A DNA stretch of 64,000 nt from Shigella phage JK36, in sequence record MK962754.1; one strand, 5' to 3'. Shown here piece by piece: positions 61,964 to 64,000 of this stretch (its first letter is position 1; every line of letters begins with the position of its first letter). Under the pieces are notes generated by a model. That model ran no database searches and had not been told where the DNA came from. It saw only the letters and a list, made by a program, of their open reading frames with translations. The translations under genes were made by a program, and so were the position numbers.

Positions 61964-62257
61964 TTATTTACGGAATGAAAGGAATGCTGGTGCTCGGAAT
62001 GGAGTATCATCTTTAGAGTATTTAACTAATACGACCATTGGTACCTCTGTTTCTAAATGACCTGTCACCACACCGATAAAAATTTGATCAGTGTGCTCAG
62101 GGTCACGAAAGTTTTTAAGAGGTTCCATAGCAATATGGAATGCACCTGGGAATACTCGATTCAATTCGTCAATCACAGCTTCGTTAAAAACATCATCCGC
62201 TGGGATAGCATCTTCAACTACTAGTTCTTGACCATTAAAGCGAAGCATAGATTTCAT
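61964..62257 (-). CDS. hypothetical protein (97 aa; alt.-1 position)
   Basis: ATG at 62257 with GAGGAAAA RBS after PeSL cassette; upstream ORF-track extension lies inside promoter. Confidence 0.45.
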   Translation of the reverse strand: MKSMLRFNGQELVVEDAIPADDVFNEAVIDELNRVFPGAFHIAMEPLKNFRDPEHTDQIFIGVVTGHLETEVPMVVLVKYSKDDTPFRAPAFLSFRK

Positions 62258-62261
62258 AACG

Positions 62262-62318
62262 TTTTCCTCATGTTGTTGATGGGATGATAGTATCACACAT
62301 CCATGTGTTTGTAAACTA
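62262..62318 (-). promoter_or_regulatory. early promoter / PeSL-like cassette
   Basis: GATGGGATGATAGTATCACACATCC inverted repeat; minus GTTTAC at plus 62311-62316 overlapping alt stop. Confidence 0.5.
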
Positions 62319-64000
62319 TCCTTGGATAAATTTAAACGGAACTGATTCTAAATCCATTAAAGATGCTAACAATTTCAAACCTTTAGGTGCACTAGTTTTT
62401 TCTACAAATGAGGCAAAAGATACCGGCTCATCTGATTCGATTTCACCCGTCATAGCAACTACCTCGCCTGTTTCCATGAGAACATCACCATCGTAAATGA
62501 CAGCTTCGTCCAACTGGTCCGAGGACATGACTTCAGCTTGAATAAATTTAAGGTTGGATTCTAAACCTGCACCAGTGTCAGATGACGCATCTGTAATTTT
62601 ATTTATCTGCAAGAGAATGCCTCTAGGCAAAATAATTTCTTGCTCATTAGGGTGATTACTCAACTGTCCGGGATAAATCACGTTAACTTTATGAGCGCCA
62701 TCAATAGCCCATCCAACATTAACACGAATTTGTTCTGGCGCATGCATAGCGGTACGTGCCAGGCTAGGAGAAATAGTAACACCTTCGTCATTATTGTCAA
62801 TGTTAAGCTCTTTGCGAACTTCTTCAGGAGCAAGTCCAAGGGCAACGTTCTCTTTAAACCCACCAAAAATAATAGGAGCTAATGAAGTAGAAACATAGTT
62901 TCTGAAGTAGAATACCTTATTTTTAACCATTGCTTCGTAAATAGGCATTCTGATAGACTGGGCTCTATACAACGTTAGTCCTTCAGGTAAACGGTCTCCA
63001 TTTAAAAACGCCGAATCAAGACCATCAATAGCGCGTTTAACTTCATCTTCATCTGCAACATCATAAAAATCCGGTTTATAACGGCCTAACAACATATTAT
63101 TGATATCGGTATACGCAGAAGAGGCATATTCGCGAATAGCTCGTTTTTCAGCAACAGAGTATTGTTTAGGGTCCCGATTCATTGTTATATTAAAGGTGCC
63201 TCTAGCCGATTCTCGTGCATAAGTATACATCACATTAGACAAGAACGCTGATTTACGTTGTTTCCAAGTTTTTTCAGATACTTCAGCTAAAACATCGTCG
63301 GCCAGTTGGAAATTATCACGTCTAAAATCTTCAAACCATTCGTCTTTAATTGAGTCCGCAATTTCGTTTGCAGCTTCAACAAAAGCAGCTAATGCTTTAA
63401 CAGATGTTGTTTTTTCAGTTTTAATTTTCTTAGCAAACTTTTCTAAAGTTGGCTTAATAACACTACCATAAGAAACTTCATCAGCAAATCTAAAGGATTC
63501 ATCAATACGATTATAAATCTTATTTTCGATATCAGCAACTAAAGTGCCTTTTGCTGTGGATGATGCTTGGGCTAGTACGATTTCATATGCTTCAGGAAGT
63601 AATTCGGCTGTAGCCGGGCCACTAACTTCTTTAGCAGAATTTTCGTATTTCTGGAATAACTCACCTTCTTGGCGGTCAGCTTCTAAAGATTGGCTTGCGG
63701 CAATAGCACGACGAGAAATTTTAGTACGAGCAATAACAGGCTTATCTTTACGTTTTTCTTCTACAGCAGCAATAGAACCAGCGATAGCCGTTTCTTTGGT
63801 GACTTTTTCGCCGGTCTTTTTACTCACATAAACTTCGCCAACATCAGAATCTACTTTCGTGTACAACTCTGTGTTAATGTTAGGGATGCCTTTAATATCT
63901 TCAATGTTGGCATTTTTACGAACCATCATCACATAGGTGTGTTTACCTGTGAATTGATACATTGCCGACAATACTTTAAAACGACCACCGGTTTTAGTAG
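62316..64000 (-). CDS. alt: Alt ADP-ribosyltransferase (packaged, injected), C-terminal about 560 aa; start beyond window
   Basis: Position after gene 54 on opposite strand; size and C-terminal sequence consistent with T4 Alt; frame open to window end. Confidence 0.8.
   Translation of the reverse strand, partial: TKTGGRFKVLSAMYQFTGKHTYVMMVRKNANIEDIKGIPNINTELYTKVDSDVGEVYVSKKTGEKVTKETAIAGSIAAVEEKRKDKPVIARTKISRRAIAASQSLEADRQEGELFQKYENSAKEVSGPATAELLPEAYEIVLAQASSTAKGTLVADIENKIYNRIDESFRFADEVSYGSVIKPTLEKFAKKIKTEKTTSVKALAAFVEAANEIADSIKDEWFEDFRRDNFQLADDVLAEVSEKTWKQRKSAFLSNVMYTYARESARGTFNITMNRDPKQYSVAEKRAIREYASSAYTDINNMLLGRYKPDFYDVADEDEVKRAIDGLDSAFLNGDRLPEGLTLYRAQSIRMPIYEAMVKNKVFYFRNYVSTSLAPIIFGGFKENVALGLAPEEVRKELNIDNNDEGVTISPSLARTAMHAPEQIRVNVGWAIDGAHKVNVIYPGQLSNHPNEQEIILPRGILLQINKITDASSDTGAGLESNLKFIQAEVMSSDQLDEAVIYDGDVLMETGEVVAMTGEIESDEPVSFASFVEKTSAPKGLKLLASLMDLESVPFKFIQG

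Overview
This window is a contiguous piece of a T4-like myovirus genome (Tevenvirinae, Tequatrovirus-type), recognised from gene order and strong protein similarity to phage T4. All calls are from reading the sequence and recalled T4 biology; no database search was run. Layout: (1) a minus-strand early region at 1-17130 with internal-protein (IP) genes, denV, lysozyme e, nudE, an ~8 kb block of small novel ORFs, a 10-tRNA cluster, an ipI-like gene, 57B (Acb1), 57A and genes 1, 3, 2, 4; (2) the plus-strand late morphogenesis cluster at 17190-48308 (53, 5, 5.1, 5.4, 6-12, wac, 13-20, 67, 68, 21, 22, 23, 24); (3) rnlB, hoc, inh, uvsW, uvsY, 25, 26, 51, 27, 28, 29, 48, 54 and the 3' part of alt. 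Most notable observations: an 845-bp near-perfect tandem duplication inside gene 23 (major capsid protein) that breaks the reading frame; at least six genes whose products start with a T4-type capsid-targeting sequence (MKTYQEFI.., an expanded injected internal-protein repertoire); a hyperplastic early block (about 2980-10720) of uncharacterised small genes separated by repeated early-promoter/stem-loop cassettes, containing two paralogous families; a tRNA cluster with ten tRNAs (T4 has eight); and no seg homing-endonuclease genes at the positions they occupy in T4. Some ORF-track starts are non-ATG (TTG/GTG), so several starts were moved to the nearest ATG with a Shine-Dalgarno sequence. I cannot point to one confirmed new system; the hyperplastic block and the IP family are the best candidates for undescribed host-interaction or anti-defence functions.
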